64,000 nt of DNA from Ignavibacteriota bacterium (GCA_963701295.1 OY969585.1:1184001-1248000); one strand, 5' to 3'; counted from the first letter of the stretch, positions 29,939 through 41,167 are shown. Notes: a model not told the origin generated them from the sequence alone. Program-made: numbers and translations.

Positions 29939-30337
29939 ATGAAAAAAGTTCTTATTGGCGCTGTTGTTGTATTTGTGATTTTAGAAGTGCTGGATATTAT
30001 TTTCCACGGTTTCATTCTTGGATCTGTGTACGCGACAATGCAAAATGTTTGGCGTCCCGATATGATGCAGAAAATGTGGATTATGCATATTGTCAAGATC
30101 GTTGTGGCATTCATGTTTACATTTATCTTTTCTAAGGGATACGAGGGAAAAGGACTCATGGAAGGTGCGCGGTATGGATTCTATATCGGTTTGATGTTGA
30201 GCATGGGGTACGCATTCGGTTCGTATGCCTCATTTCGCATCACTTATCAAATCGCATTGCAATGGTTTATCTTTGCGATGTTTGAATACATCATTGCCGG
30301 CATTGGAGTGGCACTGGTATTTGGGAAGAAGAAATAA
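29939..30337 (+). CDS. Hypothetical 4-TM membrane protein
   Basis: AGGAG RBS and four hydrophobic helices. Confidence 0.8.
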   Translation: MKKVLIGAVVVFVILEVLDIIFHGFILGSVYATMQNVWRPDMMQKMWIMHIVKIVVAFMFTFIFSKGYEGKGLMEGARYGFYIGLMLSMGYAFGSYASFRITYQIALQWFIFAMFEYIIAGIGVALVFGKKK

Positions 30338-30381
30338 ACATAAGTCGACTGAAATATTGATATTGATGAACGCCTGACTTT

Positions 30382-30407
30382 TGCCCGGTTCTCCTCCGGG
30401 CATTTTT
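30382..30407 (+). terminator. Intrinsic terminator
   Basis: Stem TGCCCGG / CCGGGCA followed by TTTTT. Confidence 0.7.
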
Positions 30408-30465
30408 ATTGGCATTTATAGACGATTGCATCCCATTATTTCTTGCAGTACACTAGAATTATACT

Positions 30466-32352
30466 ATGTCAAAAACTATCAGCCCCAGTATACTCTCTGC
30501 GCAGGATATTGCTGTTCGGTACGGACCTCAAGCCGTTCTTAAAAGTGCTACACTAAATATCCATCAAACCGACAGAATAGGACTCATCGGCAGCAATGGT
30601 TCCGGTAAATCGACCTTGCTCAAAATAATTGCAGGCCTTCTGCAACTGGATTCCGGGTCGATCTCGCGGCGCAGGGACATTATTACCGGATACCTTGCAC
30701 AGGATTTTCAACTCGATTCCACTAAATCGGTCTATGAAAACATTGTGGATGGCGCACACGATGTCATCGATATCATAAGAGAGTACGAGTCGCTTCCCCC
30801 AACTTCGGAGAGCCGTCGTATTCTGGAGGAACAAATTCATCACCGTGATGGATGGAATCTCGAGAACAGGATCGAAACGGCGATGCATTCGCTCAATGTT
30901 CCCGAAAAGGACCGAGCCATCGATACACTTTCTGGGGGAGAAAAACGCCGAGTGGCGCTCTGTCAAGCGATTATCTCGCGTCCTGATTTTCTTATTCTTG
31001 ATGAGCCGACAAATCATCTCGACACTCAGTCGATCGAGTGGGTGGAAGAATTTCTGGTAAATTATTCCGGCGCATGTTTGTTCGTCACGCACGACAGATA
31101 CTTTTTGGATTTAATTGCAAATAGAGTTGTCGAGCTTTCAAATGGTGAATGTTATTCACACGACGGTAATTACAATGATTTTTTGCTGGATAAAATAGAA
31201 CGGGAAGCGCAATTAGAAACCGAAGAGCAGAAGCGCAACAATTTTCTACGCCGTGAACTTGCTTGGGTGCGCCGTGGAGCCCGTGCACGAAGAACGAAGG
31301 CGAAAAGCCGGCTCAAAGTATATTTTGATGCTGTTCAGCAAAAAGACCCTGAACCTGCAGAGGAAGTGGATCTGATCATACCCCCAGCGTCAGGCCTTGG
31401 AACGACGGTTCTTAATTTGAAGAATCTGGGAATGGAACTTGGTGGAAAAAAATTATTTGATGGGTTAAATTTCAAGTTTGACAGGAAACGTAAATTAGGC
31501 ATTATCGGACGCAATGGTCTTGGCAAAACAACATTATTGAAAATTATTTTAGGAAAGCTTCATGCGGCCATAGGCGAGGTTGTCGTTGGCGAGAGGACAG
31601 CGTTCAATTATATCGATCAATCGCGCGTGGCTCTGAATGATGAAAACACAGTCATCCAAGAACTCGGCAACGGGCGGGAATGGATTCTGTTTGGTGAAGA
31701 ACGGATGAAAGTATGGACATATCTTAGGCGCTTCCTTTTTACTGACGACCGGATGAATACCAAAGTCGGAAAACTCTCCGGTGGAGAACGCAGCCGGCTT
31801 CTGCTCGCTAAAGTGCTGAAGAATGGCGGGAATTTCCTCATCCTCGACGAACCGACGAATGATTTGGATCTTTCAACACTGCGCTTGCTGGAAGAAGCGC
31901 TCGCCGCTTTTAAAGGATGCGTGATTGCAGTGAGCCACGATCGATATTTTCTGAACAGAGTTTGCAACGGGATACTTGCATTCGAAGGAGATGGCAAGGT
32001 GCATTTCAGCGAAGGGGATTATGACTATTATATAGAGAAACGCAATGCGAGAGAAACGGAAGTAGCGTCAAAAGTAAACACAGCCGTTGCTTCGAAAAAA
32101 CAAAAATCGCAGGCGAACGTACAGAAAAACAAATTAAAATGGAAAGAAGCGAAGGAACTTGAAACGATTGAACAGGATATTCTCAATGCAGAAGCCGAAG
32201 TTGAACGCATTGAGAAAATATTTGTGTCACCTGATTTCTATGAAAAGCATGGTAATCAAATCGTGTTATTAACGGAAGAGCTTTCTGTCGCAAAAGTAAC
32301 TGTTGACCGGCTTTACGCGCGTTGGCATAAACTGGAAGAATTACAGTCATGA
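30466..32352 (+). CDS. ABC-F family ATPase (Uup-like)
   Basis: Two ABC cassettes (GSNGSGKS / LSGGE / LDEPTNH and GRNGLGKT / LSGGE / LDEPTND), ARRTKAKSR linker, C-terminal coiled coil. Confidence 0.93.
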   Translation: MSKTISPSILSAQDIAVRYGPQAVLKSATLNIHQTDRIGLIGSNGSGKSTLLKIIAGLLQLDSGSISRRRDIITGYLAQDFQLDSTKSVYENIVDGAHDVIDIIREYESLPPTSESRRILEEQIHHRDGWNLENRIETAMHSLNVPEKDRAIDTLSGGEKRRVALCQAIISRPDFLILDEPTNHLDTQSIEWVEEFLVNYSGACLFVTHDRYFLDLIANRVVELSNGECYSHDGNYNDFLLDKIEREAQLETEEQKRNNFLRRELAWVRRGARARRTKAKSRLKVYFDAVQQKDPEPAEEVDLIIPPASGLGTTVLNLKNLGMELGGKKLFDGLNFKFDRKRKLGIIGRNGLGKTTLLKIILGKLHAAIGEVVVGERTAFNYIDQSRVALNDENTVIQELGNGREWILFGEERMKVWTYLRRFLFTDDRMNTKVGKLSGGERSRLLLAKVLKNGGNFLILDEPTNDLDLSTLRLLEEALAAFKGCVIAVSHDRYFLNRVCNGILAFEGDGKVHFSEGDYDYYIEKRNARETEVASKVNTAVASKKQKSQANVQKNKLKWKEAKELETIEQDILNAEAEVERIEKIFVSPDFYEKHGNQIVLLTEELSVAKVTVDRLYARWHKLEELQS

Positions 32353-32434
32353 ATCAGTTGAATAAAACCATATCTCTTCCTATGTTATCAGTCAAGAAAG
32401 TATGACAATGAAATCATTATAAGGAATCAATACA

Positions 32435-33124
32435 TTGAAACAGAGTCTCATTTCCGTGAAGAATAACATCATTAAAGCCGGCAAGAGAGCTTACGCGCGT
32501 GGTTATGTTGCGGCGAATGATGGAAATATGAGCGTGCGTGTTGATGCGAAAAGAATTCTCATAACTCCAACCGGTGTCAGTAAGGGTTTCATGAAAGCAA
32601 GCGAACTGGTCGTTGTGGATATGCACGGCAAAATAATCAGCGGCAAAAGAAAACCAACATCAGAAATTCAGATGCATCTCCAGATTTATAAAGAAAGGAC
32701 TGATGTCAACAGTATATGTCACCTGCATCCTCCGTATGCGACTGGATTTGCGGTCGCTGGTATTCCGCTCGATCAATATGTTCTACAGGAGGTTGTTATC
32801 ACACTTGGAACAATTCCCTTGGTTCCGTACGGAACTACAGGATCGGAAGAACTTTATAAACCGCTCCTCCCGCTCCTACAAAACTGTGATGCCTTTCTTC
32901 TCGCTAATCACGGAGCACTCACAGTCGGTACAGACATTTTCAATGCCTATGACAAAATGGAAACGCTGGAGCACGTTGCTCGAATTATTTTCATTGCAAA
33001 GCAATTGGGCAATGTGAACACACTGAATGAGGAGCAAGTACAAAAATTAGCAGCGCTAAGGGAAAAATTTGGTATCAGAACTTCTCTTGGCAATGATTTC
33101 GGCAGGAGAGGTTCATCTCAATAA
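32435..33124 (+). CDS. Class II aldolase/adducin family protein (FucA-like)
   Basis: GNMS, ITPTG, TSEIQMH, HLHPPYAT, LANHG. Confidence 0.9.
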   Translation: MKQSLISVKNNIIKAGKRAYARGYVAANDGNMSVRVDAKRILITPTGVSKGFMKASELVVVDMHGKIISGKRKPTSEIQMHLQIYKERTDVNSICHLHPPYATGFAVAGIPLDQYVLQEVVITLGTIPLVPYGTTGSEELYKPLLPLLQNCDAFLLANHGALTVGTDIFNAYDKMETLEHVARIIFIAKQLGNVNTLNEEQVQKLAALREKFGIRTSLGNDFGRRGSSQ

Positions 33125-33272
33125 AGAATTATAGGATTTGCACACGATAAATTTCTTCCTCATAGGGAAAATAAGTTTGCTCTCATGTTATTTTTAACAA
33201 AGAAGGATTAACAGAAAAATTCTTCACAAGAAAATATAATTCTCATTAGATGAACTTGTCAGATTAGTATAT

Positions 33273-34421
33273 ATGCGAAAAAGAAAAAAAGTATTTGTGA
33301 CCGGTTGTTTTGATATGCTTCACAGCGGTCACGTTGAATTCTTCACAGAAGCCGCGAAATATGGCGATGTGTATGTCGGCCTTGGTTCTGATGAAACCGT
33401 GTATAATCTGAAGGGACAATATCCGGTGAACAATCATGACGAACGAAAATTCATGATAGACGCTTTAGCATGTGTTAAAGAATGCATTGTCAATTCAGGA
33501 TCGGGTATTATGGACTTTATTCATGAGATAAAAACCATCAAACCGGATATCTTTATTGTCAATGAAGATGGGAATACTCCGGCAAAAGAAGAGCTTAGTA
33601 AGGAGCTGGGTATTGAATATATTGTCTTAAAGAGAACACCGCATGCGCATTTACCGGTTCGCTCAACGACGTCTCTGCGGGATGAGTGCACTATCCCATA
33701 TCGAATAGATTTAGCCGGTGGTTGGTTAGATCAACCGTATGTTGGCAAGTATGCAGCCGGACCTGTCCTGACAATCTCCATTGAGCCTACGATTGAATTC
33801 AATGAACGAAGTGGAATGGCTTCAAGTACCAGAAGAAAAGCAGTTGAACTTTGGTATACCAACATTCCTTCTGGCAATAGGGAAAAGCTATCAAAAATTC
33901 TCTTTAGTTATGAAAATCCTCCGGGAACAAAGATTATTGCTGGTTCACAAGATTCAATCGGTATTGTGATGCCGGGCCTGAACAAACTTGATTATGATGG
34001 AGAGTATTGGCCGAAACGTATTTCTTCAGTACATGATGAAACTGTTTTGTCATGGTTGGAAGATCATTTGTATTTGATTACTCTTGGTCCGCGTGAATAT
34101 GATTTTGACGTCCTTGCTAGTACAAACATCAATAAGATGAATGCGGAAGCATTACGGCTTGCGTCTGAAAAATGCTGGGACTCCATCTTACGAAGAGATA
34201 TAAAAATGTTTGGACAACACTTCAGAGAATCATTTGAAGCACAAACTAAAATGTTTCCCAATATGATCTTTGATGATATCCCCAAAATCATACATAAATA
34301 CAAGAATTCAGCATACGGTTGGAAACTCTCGGGGGCAGGGGGTGGAGGGTATTTAATCTTTGTTTCCGAAAAACCCATGAAGGGTGCAATGCAAATAAAA
34401 ATTTGCAGGAAAGCTCTCTAG
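33273..34421 (+). CDS. Cytidylyl/adenylyltransferase fused to a GHMP-family sugar kinase
   Basis: N-terminal GCFDMLHSGH (HxGH) and RSTT; C-terminal RIDLAGG, SGMASS, GSQD, KLSGAGGGG. Confidence 0.85.
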   Translation: MRKRKKVFVTGCFDMLHSGHVEFFTEAAKYGDVYVGLGSDETVYNLKGQYPVNNHDERKFMIDALACVKECIVNSGSGIMDFIHEIKTIKPDIFIVNEDGNTPAKEELSKELGIEYIVLKRTPHAHLPVRSTTSLRDECTIPYRIDLAGGWLDQPYVGKYAAGPVLTISIEPTIEFNERSGMASSTRRKAVELWYTNIPSGNREKLSKILFSYENPPGTKIIAGSQDSIGIVMPGLNKLDYDGEYWPKRISSVHDETVLSWLEDHLYLITLGPREYDFDVLASTNINKMNAEALRLASEKCWDSILRRDIKMFGQHFRESFEAQTKMFPNMIFDDIPKIIHKYKNSAYGWKLSGAGGGGYLIFVSEKPMKGAMQIKICRKAL

Positions 34422-36922
34422 TGGGTTTTTTTTCGTTTGATTGTTTTATTCGTCGGTTTTGCTCTAAGCGGATCTTCCGGCCAAATATGCTTGGGGTAAC
34501 GCACGCGCATTTGAGTTCGGATTTCAGGATACACATTCGTCCAGAAGCTATGCAAATCTTGTGTCACCGCCACTAGACGCCTTGCGGGTGATAATAAATG
34601 AATCAACACGTTTACCTTCCCATTGCAAATCTTCGGCGTTTCAATCTGCCCGAATAATTCCTGTAACCGCACGGCAAGGACCGGCTGATCACTTGAGTAA
34701 TCCAGTGCAGCAATTGAACCACTCGGTAATTTAAGATGCGAAGGTGCAAGCCGGTCGAGTTCTTTTCTTTGTGCTTGAGTAAATCGCGATTGGAGAATTT
34801 CTTTGAGCGGTAATTTCTGTAATTGATCAGTACGACGAATACCATTAAGAAATGGCGCAAGCCATTCTTCCAAAGACGCAAACAGAGCTGCATCGGAACT
34901 ATCGGGAACATTTTCAAACGAACTGGAATATCTTCTTAGCCACTGAACTCTTTGTTGCAATGCGCGAGTCTCTTTATCCCACGGAAGGCATTGAATACCC
35001 ATCTGTCGAATGCCGTCGAGCATTGCCTTAAGGATATGTCCATTGTCCGCTTCCAAATTTTGTTCTGCAAGAATAACTGCGCCTAATTTTGTGACTTTTC
35101 GTGCGACAACTTTTTTCTCGTTTTCACTCCAATAAATTTCTTCATTATGTACTAAGTTTTCAGCAAACACTTTTTCCAATTGTTGCTGTTGTAATGGTGC
35201 GGCAAGAAATGCACGTACATCGGTGCCAAGTCCGTCGACTTCTCCGATAGCAAGAAATTCATCGCGTGCAAGAAGACTTCCGTTTGGTAAAACAACCGTT
35301 GTTCCGCTTGCCATTTGATAACGAGAGCTTTGGTTCTCGCGACGCCGCGCGATTCGATCGGGGTATGCAAAAGCCAAGAGAATTCCCGGTGCGGACTCTT
35401 CTTTTTCTTTTGATTCCTTGCTGATACCGGCTAACTGTTTTAATCGTTTCGATTGAGATAAAATGCGGTCACGAACACCTTCATCGCCTGCGCGATGCTG
35501 ATGCAAAATATGTAAACGCGATGCAAGATCAATATCGGTGTCTTTTTTTCCTGCGAGAATATCGCGTTCATCGAGAAGTGCTGCGATATCACATGCAAGC
35601 GAACTAAAACCTAATTCTTTCCCGCGCAGAATCATGTGAGCAAGTCTCGGATGTATGGGCAGCTCCGACATTGCTTTGCCATGCGATGTCAGTTTTCCTG
35701 TTTGATCAGCAGCGCCGAGATTTTTTAGCAATGCGCGTGCTTGTGCAAGATGTGCAAGCGGCGGTGGATCGAGAAATCGTAAGTTTGCACCATCTGGTGT
35801 TCCCCATCGAGTAAGATCGAGCGTCAAAGGCGCAAGATCAGCGGTTTTGATTTCCGGCTGAGGATACTTGGAAAGCATCTCGTGCTCAGTTTCCATCCAC
35901 AGACGATAACAGACACCGGGCTGTTGGCGTCCTGCACGTCCGCGTCGTTGATCGGCGACTGCTTTGGAAACAGGTACCGTTACCAATCCGGACATTCCTC
36001 GCCGTACGTCAAACTGAGAAATGCGAGCCAATCCAGAATCAATAACCACGCATACACCGTCAATCGTTAAACTTGTTTCAGCAACGCTAGTGGAGAGAAT
36101 CACTTTCCGTTTACCGGATGATGCAGGAGATAATGCCGCCGATTGCTGTTGGTACGGTGCGTCTCCATAGAGCAAATGAACAAGCACATCTTCCGATAAG
36201 CGTTTTTCCCAAAGAAGATTTTCCACACGCCTCATCTCGCGCTGTCCCGGAAGAAAAACAAGGAGATCGCCTTCCTGTTCATCCAATGCTCGCAAAATAG
36301 TATCAACAATTCGGGCTTCGATAGATTTTTCCGAGGTGAATCGAGCATAGTGCGTGGTGACCGGAAAGCTTTGCCCTTTGCTCTCAATAATAGGTGCATC
36401 ACCGAGTAACTTTGCAATCGCCAAGCCATCGAGTGTGGCTGACATAACGAGAATTCGTATATCTGGGCGCAAGTGTTCTTGCACATCAAGTGTCATCGCA
36501 AGACCGAGATCGGCATGGATACTGCGTTCATGAAACTCATCGAAGATAACAATTGCAACGTTCGGAAGTTCCGGTTCGTGCTGAAGGAGTCTGGTCAAAA
36601 TTCCTTCGGTGACTACTTCTATTCTCGTCTGTTTGCTTACAAATGTTTCACCGCGGATGCGATAGCCGACCGTTTCACCGATTTTTTCGCTCAGATAAGC
36701 GGCCATGTATTCTGCGGCTCGGCGGGCTGCGAGACGGCGCGGCTCGAGCATAATGATCTTCTTTTGAGCCATCCATTCTAATGCAAGAAGAGCGATAGGA
36801 ACTTGAGTCGTTTTTCCAGCTCCGGGAGGCGCGGAAAGAACTATATTCTTGGTATGTTGAAACATCTCCAGTAGTTCCTGTAAGACGCTTTCGATTGGAT
36901 ATGATCGTTCGACTTCCTGCAT
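34418..36922 (-). CDS. hrpB: ATP-dependent helicase HrpB
   Basis: APPGAGKTT, EPRRLAAR, DEFHER, MSAT, QRRGRAGR, C-terminal LQELFG...LLSPA...YPKHIWPEDP; alternative start at 36955. Confidence 0.95.
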   Translation of the reverse strand: MQEVERSYPIESVLQELLEMFQHTKNIVLSAPPGAGKTTQVPIALLALEWMAQKKIIMLEPRRLAARRAAEYMAAYLSEKIGETVGYRIRGETFVSKQTRIEVVTEGILTRLLQHEPELPNVAIVIFDEFHERSIHADLGLAMTLDVQEHLRPDIRILVMSATLDGLAIAKLLGDAPIIESKGQSFPVTTHYARFTSEKSIEARIVDTILRALDEQEGDLLVFLPGQREMRRVENLLWEKRLSEDVLVHLLYGDAPYQQQSAALSPASSGKRKVILSTSVAETSLTIDGVCVVIDSGLARISQFDVRRGMSGLVTVPVSKAVADQRRGRAGRQQPGVCYRLWMETEHEMLSKYPQPEIKTADLAPLTLDLTRWGTPDGANLRFLDPPPLAHLAQARALLKNLGAADQTGKLTSHGKAMSELPIHPRLAHMILRGKELGFSSLACDIAALLDERDILAGKKDTDIDLASRLHILHQHRAGDEGVRDRILSQSKRLKQLAGISKESKEKEESAPGILLAFAYPDRIARRRENQSSRYQMASGTTVVLPNGSLLARDEFLAIGEVDGLGTDVRAFLAAPLQQQQLEKVFAENLVHNEEIYWSENEKKVVARKVTKLGAVILAEQNLEADNGHILKAMLDGIRQMGIQCLPWDKETRALQQRVQWLRRYSSSFENVPDSSDAALFASLEEWLAPFLNGIRRTDQLQKLPLKEILQSRFTQAQRKELDRLAPSHLKLPSGSIAALDYSSDQPVLAVRLQELFGQIETPKICNGKVNVLIHLLSPARRLVAVTQDLHSFWTNVYPEIRTQMRVRYPKHIWPEDPLRAKPTNKTIKRKKTH

Positions 36923-37000
36923 ACGTTTGTTCGCTTTAAGCGAAATAATCTTCAATATGCAAAAAGTCTTTCAGGTATGCACGTGTTTGTTACAAGCGCA

Positions 37001-37966
37001 TTATATCTGTTGGAGTGATTCCAGAGTTGTTTTGAGTTTTGCAGCGGAAGACCGAAAACCTTGTTCTTCTTCAGCGCTCATAGTCAGTGTTAGAATTTCT
37101 TCCACACCATGTACACCGACAACACATGGCAGGCTGAGACAAATATCTTGAACTCCGTATTGTCCTGTCATCAAAGTCGAAATGGAGAGCACAGATCGGT
37201 AATTACCAAGGATGGCTTCCACGATCGAAAGTAATCCGAGTCCGATAGCGTAATATGTCGATCCTTTGCGTTTAATAATTTCGTACGCGGCGTCTCGCAC
37301 ACTTACAAAGAGCTTGTTCATTTCTTCTTGATCGTAGTGTTTGTTCTTAAGCGGGGCAAATTCCTGCAGCCGTACGCCGCCAATGTTTGCCATGCTCCAC
37401 AACGGAATTTCGCTGTCACCGTGCTCACCGACGATGTACGCATGCACACTGCGCGTATCAACTTCGTAAAATTGTCCGAGCAGGAATCGAAAGCGAGAGG
37501 TGTCTAAGATCGTTCCGGACCCGATCACCTTTGTCGGCGAAAGGTTGGATTCCTTCAATGAAATATAGGTAAGGATATCGACTGGATTTGTTGTAATGAG
37601 AATAATACCATGAGGATTGTGTTTTACAACCTGAGGAATAATGGATCGAAAAATAGCTGCGTTTCTTGCAAGAAGATCCAAACGAGTTTCACCGGGTTTT
37701 TGAGAAGCCCCTGCTGTAATAACGACAACCTTTGCACCGGACAGATCGGAAAAAGTACCTGCTGAAATTTTCATCGGCTTTGTAAAAGAAAGCCCGTGGT
37801 TTAAATCCATCATTTCACCCACGGCTTTTTCTGCATTTGCATCTACGAGTACAAGTTCGGATGCAATCCCTCGCTGCATCAACGCATACGCAAACGATGA
37901 ACCAACCAATCCCGTTCCAACCAAGCCTACTTTATGCGAAGATCCTATTTCTGGAAATGTGTTCAT
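37001..37966 (-). CDS. ldh: L-lactate dehydrogenase
   Basis: GTGLVG, AGASQKPGETRLDL, NPVD, GTILDTSR, GEHGDS, KGSTYYAIG; GGAG RBS before the ATG at 37966. Confidence 0.94.
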   Translation of the reverse strand: MNTFPEIGSSHKVGLVGTGLVGSSFAYALMQRGIASELVLVDANAEKAVGEMMDLNHGLSFTKPMKISAGTFSDLSGAKVVVITAGASQKPGETRLDLLARNAAIFRSIIPQVVKHNPHGIILITTNPVDILTYISLKESNLSPTKVIGSGTILDTSRFRFLLGQFYEVDTRSVHAYIVGEHGDSEIPLWSMANIGGVRLQEFAPLKNKHYDQEEMNKLFVSVRDAAYEIIKRKGSTYYAIGLGLLSIVEAILGNYRSVLSISTLMTGQYGVQDICLSLPCVVGVHGVEEILTLTMSAEEEQGFRSSAAKLKTTLESLQQI

Positions 37967-38279
37967 AATCTCCGATAATATAATGAAAAACATTCATGGA
38001 TCTCTCTTTGTATTACAAACAAGATCGAGCAGATGGAGGTTCCTCACCGATGATATCCCCAAGTTCCATTTCATTGCTTCGATAGTGATTTCTTATTACA
38101 TTTCATGCAGTTGTAGAGATTCTTTTGAGTGTTGAAAGACCACCGAGCTGCCAGCAGGTTCATTGTTGAATTTGTCGCGTGGCTCGCTTCGTTTTCGTCA
38201 GAAATGCGGGAACAGATGCACTCTGTTCCTCGTCAGAATAGAGTTGAAGAATGTCATATTTATATAAGAGGAGTATACT

Positions 38280-39263
38280 GTGGATATCAAGACTATCAAT
38301 GAAATGATTCAGCGTGAAAGCGCATTTGTGGAGTCGCTGACATCGGAAGTCGGTAAGGTTATCGTCGGCCAGAAAAATATGGTAGACCGCTTGCTTATCG
38401 GTATGTTGTGCAACGGACACATACTTTTAGAAGGGGTGCCCGGACTGGCAAAAACACTTGCCATTAAAACGCTGGCAGCGGCTGTCAACGCTAAATTCCA
38501 GCGTATCCAATTTACACCTGACTTGCTGCCTGCGGATCTCGTCGGAACGATGATTTACAATCAAAAAGACGGAAAGTTTTTCACACGGAAAGGTCCCCTC
38601 TTTTCCAATTTTATTCTTGCAGATGAAATTAACCGAGCGCCGGCAAAAGTGCAAAGCGCGCTGCTTGAGGCGATGCAGGAGCGCCAGGTTACTATTGGTG
38701 AAGAGACGTTCAAGCTTGAAGAACCATTTCTTGTGCTGGCGACGCAAAATCCGATTGAACAAGAAGGAACATACCCGCTTCCCGAAGCACAGGTTGACCG
38801 CTTTATGCTGAAAGTAAAAATCGGTTATCCGTCGCGTGAAGAAGAACTACTTATTATGCGTCAGAATGTTCTGGGAAATGAGAAGAGTGTAAAAGCCGTC
38901 GTGTCGACAAAAGAAATCCTGTCTGCCCGTGAAGTTATGAGGCAGGTGTATATGGATGAAAAAATCGAACGGTACATTCTTGATATCGTATTTGCGACGC
39001 GTGAACCAAAGAATTTTAAATTGGAAAAGCTTGCACCGCTTATCAGTTACGGCGCGTCGCCGCGCGCTTCTATTAATCTAGCGTTGGCCGCAAAAGCACA
39101 TGCCTTTATAAAGAGGCGCGGTTATGTCATTCCGGAAGACGTGCGCGCAATTTGTCCCGATGTCATGCGCCATCGCGTTGCCGTAACATACGAAGCAGAA
39201 GCGGAAGAGATTACGCCAGAGCAGATCGTAACGGAAATTTTAAATCATGTGGAAGTGCCTTAG
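38280..39263 (+). CDS. moxR: MoxR-family AAA+ ATPase
   Basis: EGVPGLAKT, RIQFTPDLLP, ADEINRAP, ATQNPIEQEGTYPLPEAQ. Confidence 0.95.
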   Translation: MDIKTINEMIQRESAFVESLTSEVGKVIVGQKNMVDRLLIGMLCNGHILLEGVPGLAKTLAIKTLAAAVNAKFQRIQFTPDLLPADLVGTMIYNQKDGKFFTRKGPLFSNFILADEINRAPAKVQSALLEAMQERQVTIGEETFKLEEPFLVLATQNPIEQEGTYPLPEAQVDRFMLKVKIGYPSREEELLIMRQNVLGNEKSVKAVVSTKEILSAREVMRQVYMDEKIERYILDIVFATREPKNFKLEKLAPLISYGASPRASINLALAAKAHAFIKRRGYVIPEDVRAICPDVMRHRVAVTYEAEAEEITPEQIVTEILNHVEVP

Positions 39264-39353
39264 ACCATTTTATAATTTTCGATTGAATGATATGATGATT
39301 ATAAACATTCTGATATTCTATCAATGGAATGACAATTGACCACTGTTAACTAA

Positions 39354-40229
39354 ATGGAAACCAAGGAACTTTTAAAAAAAGTCAGGCAGTTGGAAATACG
39401 CACACGGGGGTTGGTGAATCAAGTATTCACAGGTGAATACCATTCCGTCTTCAAGGGACGTGGCATGGAATTCTCTGAAGTGCGTGAGTACCAGTATGGC
39501 GACGACATGCGGATGATCGATTGGAATGTCACTGCGCGTTTCAATCATCCATTTATAAAAATCTTTGAAGAAGAACGAGAATTGACGGTCATGCTGGTTG
39601 TCGATATGAGCGGCTCGCAGTTCTTCGGTTCGCAATCTGCATTGAAGCGGGATATCGCACTGGAATTAAGCGCTATCCTTGCTTTCTCGGCGATGAAAAA
39701 CAACGATAAGGTCGGATTGATTCTCTTTACCGACCGCATAGAGAAATTTGTTCCTCCGCGAAAAGGACGTGGTCATGCACTTCGCATTGTCCGCGAGTTG
39801 CTTTCGTTCGAACCGGTACGTCCGGCAACCAGTATCAGGACAGCATTGGAATATCTTAACCATGTTCAAAAAAAACGCGGCATCATTTTCGTCATTTCTG
39901 ATTTTATGGATAGCGGCTATGAAGCTGCACTCCGCATTGCAGGCAAACGACACGACTTGATCGGTATTGTGTTGCAAGATCCGCGCGAGAACGACCTGCC
40001 CAACGTCGGACTGATGAATTTGCGTGACGCCGAATCAGGTGCAACCAGATTAATCGATACATCTGATGCACATGTGCGATCCTTCTATCGCCACTTTAAC
40101 CATCAAATGCAGGAAGTGCGTAAGTCGCTCTTTATTAAGTCAAGGCTCGATGATATAGAAGTGCACCTCGACCAGCCGTACCTTAAACCACTGATTGATT
40201 TTTTCCGATTGAGGGAGAAGAGATGGTAA
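39354..40229 (+). CDS. DUF58 (VWA-like) protein
   Basis: GMEFSEVREY, GDD, IDWNVTAR, DMSGS, ISDF; follows moxR. Confidence 0.92.
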   Translation: METKELLKKVRQLEIRTRGLVNQVFTGEYHSVFKGRGMEFSEVREYQYGDDMRMIDWNVTARFNHPFIKIFEEERELTVMLVVDMSGSQFFGSQSALKRDIALELSAILAFSAMKNNDKVGLILFTDRIEKFVPPRKGRGHALRIVRELLSFEPVRPATSIRTALEYLNHVQKKRGIIFVISDFMDSGYEAALRIAGKRHDLIGIVLQDPRENDLPNVGLMNLRDAESGATRLIDTSDAHVRSFYRHFNHQMQEVRKSLFIKSRLDDIEVHLDQPYLKPLIDFFRLREKRW

Positions 40230-41167
40230 TGATAAGGAAATTTCTTATCTGCTTCGTTCTCTGGTCTGGTATCGGATTGTCCCAGGATGTTCGATTAACC
40301 GCAGAAACAAATACAAACACCTTTCCTCTTGGTAGTTGGATTGATGTGCATGTAGAAGGAAAATCTGATATTGCGATTGGCTCGATTGCACCAATAGTGA
40401 AAGACAGCATTGGTTCGTTTGAAATTGTAACAGTAGAGCGTAAAGGTACTGAATTTCAATGGTTGATTCGTTTAACGACTATTGATTCCGGAAAAGTCTT
40501 TCTGCCACCAGTTGAGTTTGGTTATAAAGTGAGAGGCGATACAAACACACATAAAGCGTTTTCCAATTCGCTCCTCTTGACTATCACCGGCATGATTATC
40601 GATCCTCAGGGTGAAATCAAAGATATTAAACCGCCGATGAGCGCGCCATGGTTGTTTGAAGATTTTTTGCCGTACCTGATCGCATTGATCATTCTTGCCG
40701 CCCTTGCAAGCGGGTATTACTATTACCGGCGAAAAATGAAACAGAAAAAAGATATTTTAGCTGATGTCAAAGTGGTTATTCCGCCGCACCGCGAAGCATT
40801 GACAGCATTGCGGGTGCTTGAAGAAAAGAAATTGTGGCAGCAGGGATTGGTGAAAGAATATTATTCGGAAGTCACAGAGATCATCCGGCGATTCTTTGAG
40901 CGGCGATGGAATATCATTGCGCTGGAAATGACAACAGATGAAATCCTGGTACAAATAAAACATATTCCTGAAGCATTGATAGTCTGGAAAGAAATGGGAT
41001 CGTTTTTTCTTACTGCGGATTTGGTGAAGTTTGCAAAATATCAACCGGCACCCGATGAACACGAACAAGAAATACATTCAGCATATGAGATTGTGCGTTC
41101 GATGGTGCCGAAAACTTCTATCGAGACAGAACCGCAATCACAGGAGGTCACTGTCGATGTTCGGTGA
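40223..41167 (+). CDS. Bat-operon single-TM protein (BatD-like N-terminus)
   Basis: Signal peptide, DIKPP followed by TM, ALEMTT and ADLVKFAK motifs; conserved position in bat operons. Confidence 0.8.
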   Translation: MVMIRKFLICFVLWSGIGLSQDVRLTAETNTNTFPLGSWIDVHVEGKSDIAIGSIAPIVKDSIGSFEIVTVERKGTEFQWLIRLTTIDSGKVFLPPVEFGYKVRGDTNTHKAFSNSLLLTITGMIIDPQGEIKDIKPPMSAPWLFEDFLPYLIALIILAALASGYYYYRRKMKQKKDILADVKVVIPPHREALTALRVLEEKKLWQQGLVKEYYSEVTEIIRRFFERRWNIIALEMTTDEILVQIKHIPEALIVWKEMGSFFLTADLVKFAKYQPAPDEHEQEIHSAYEIVRSMVPKTSIETEPQSQEVTVDVR

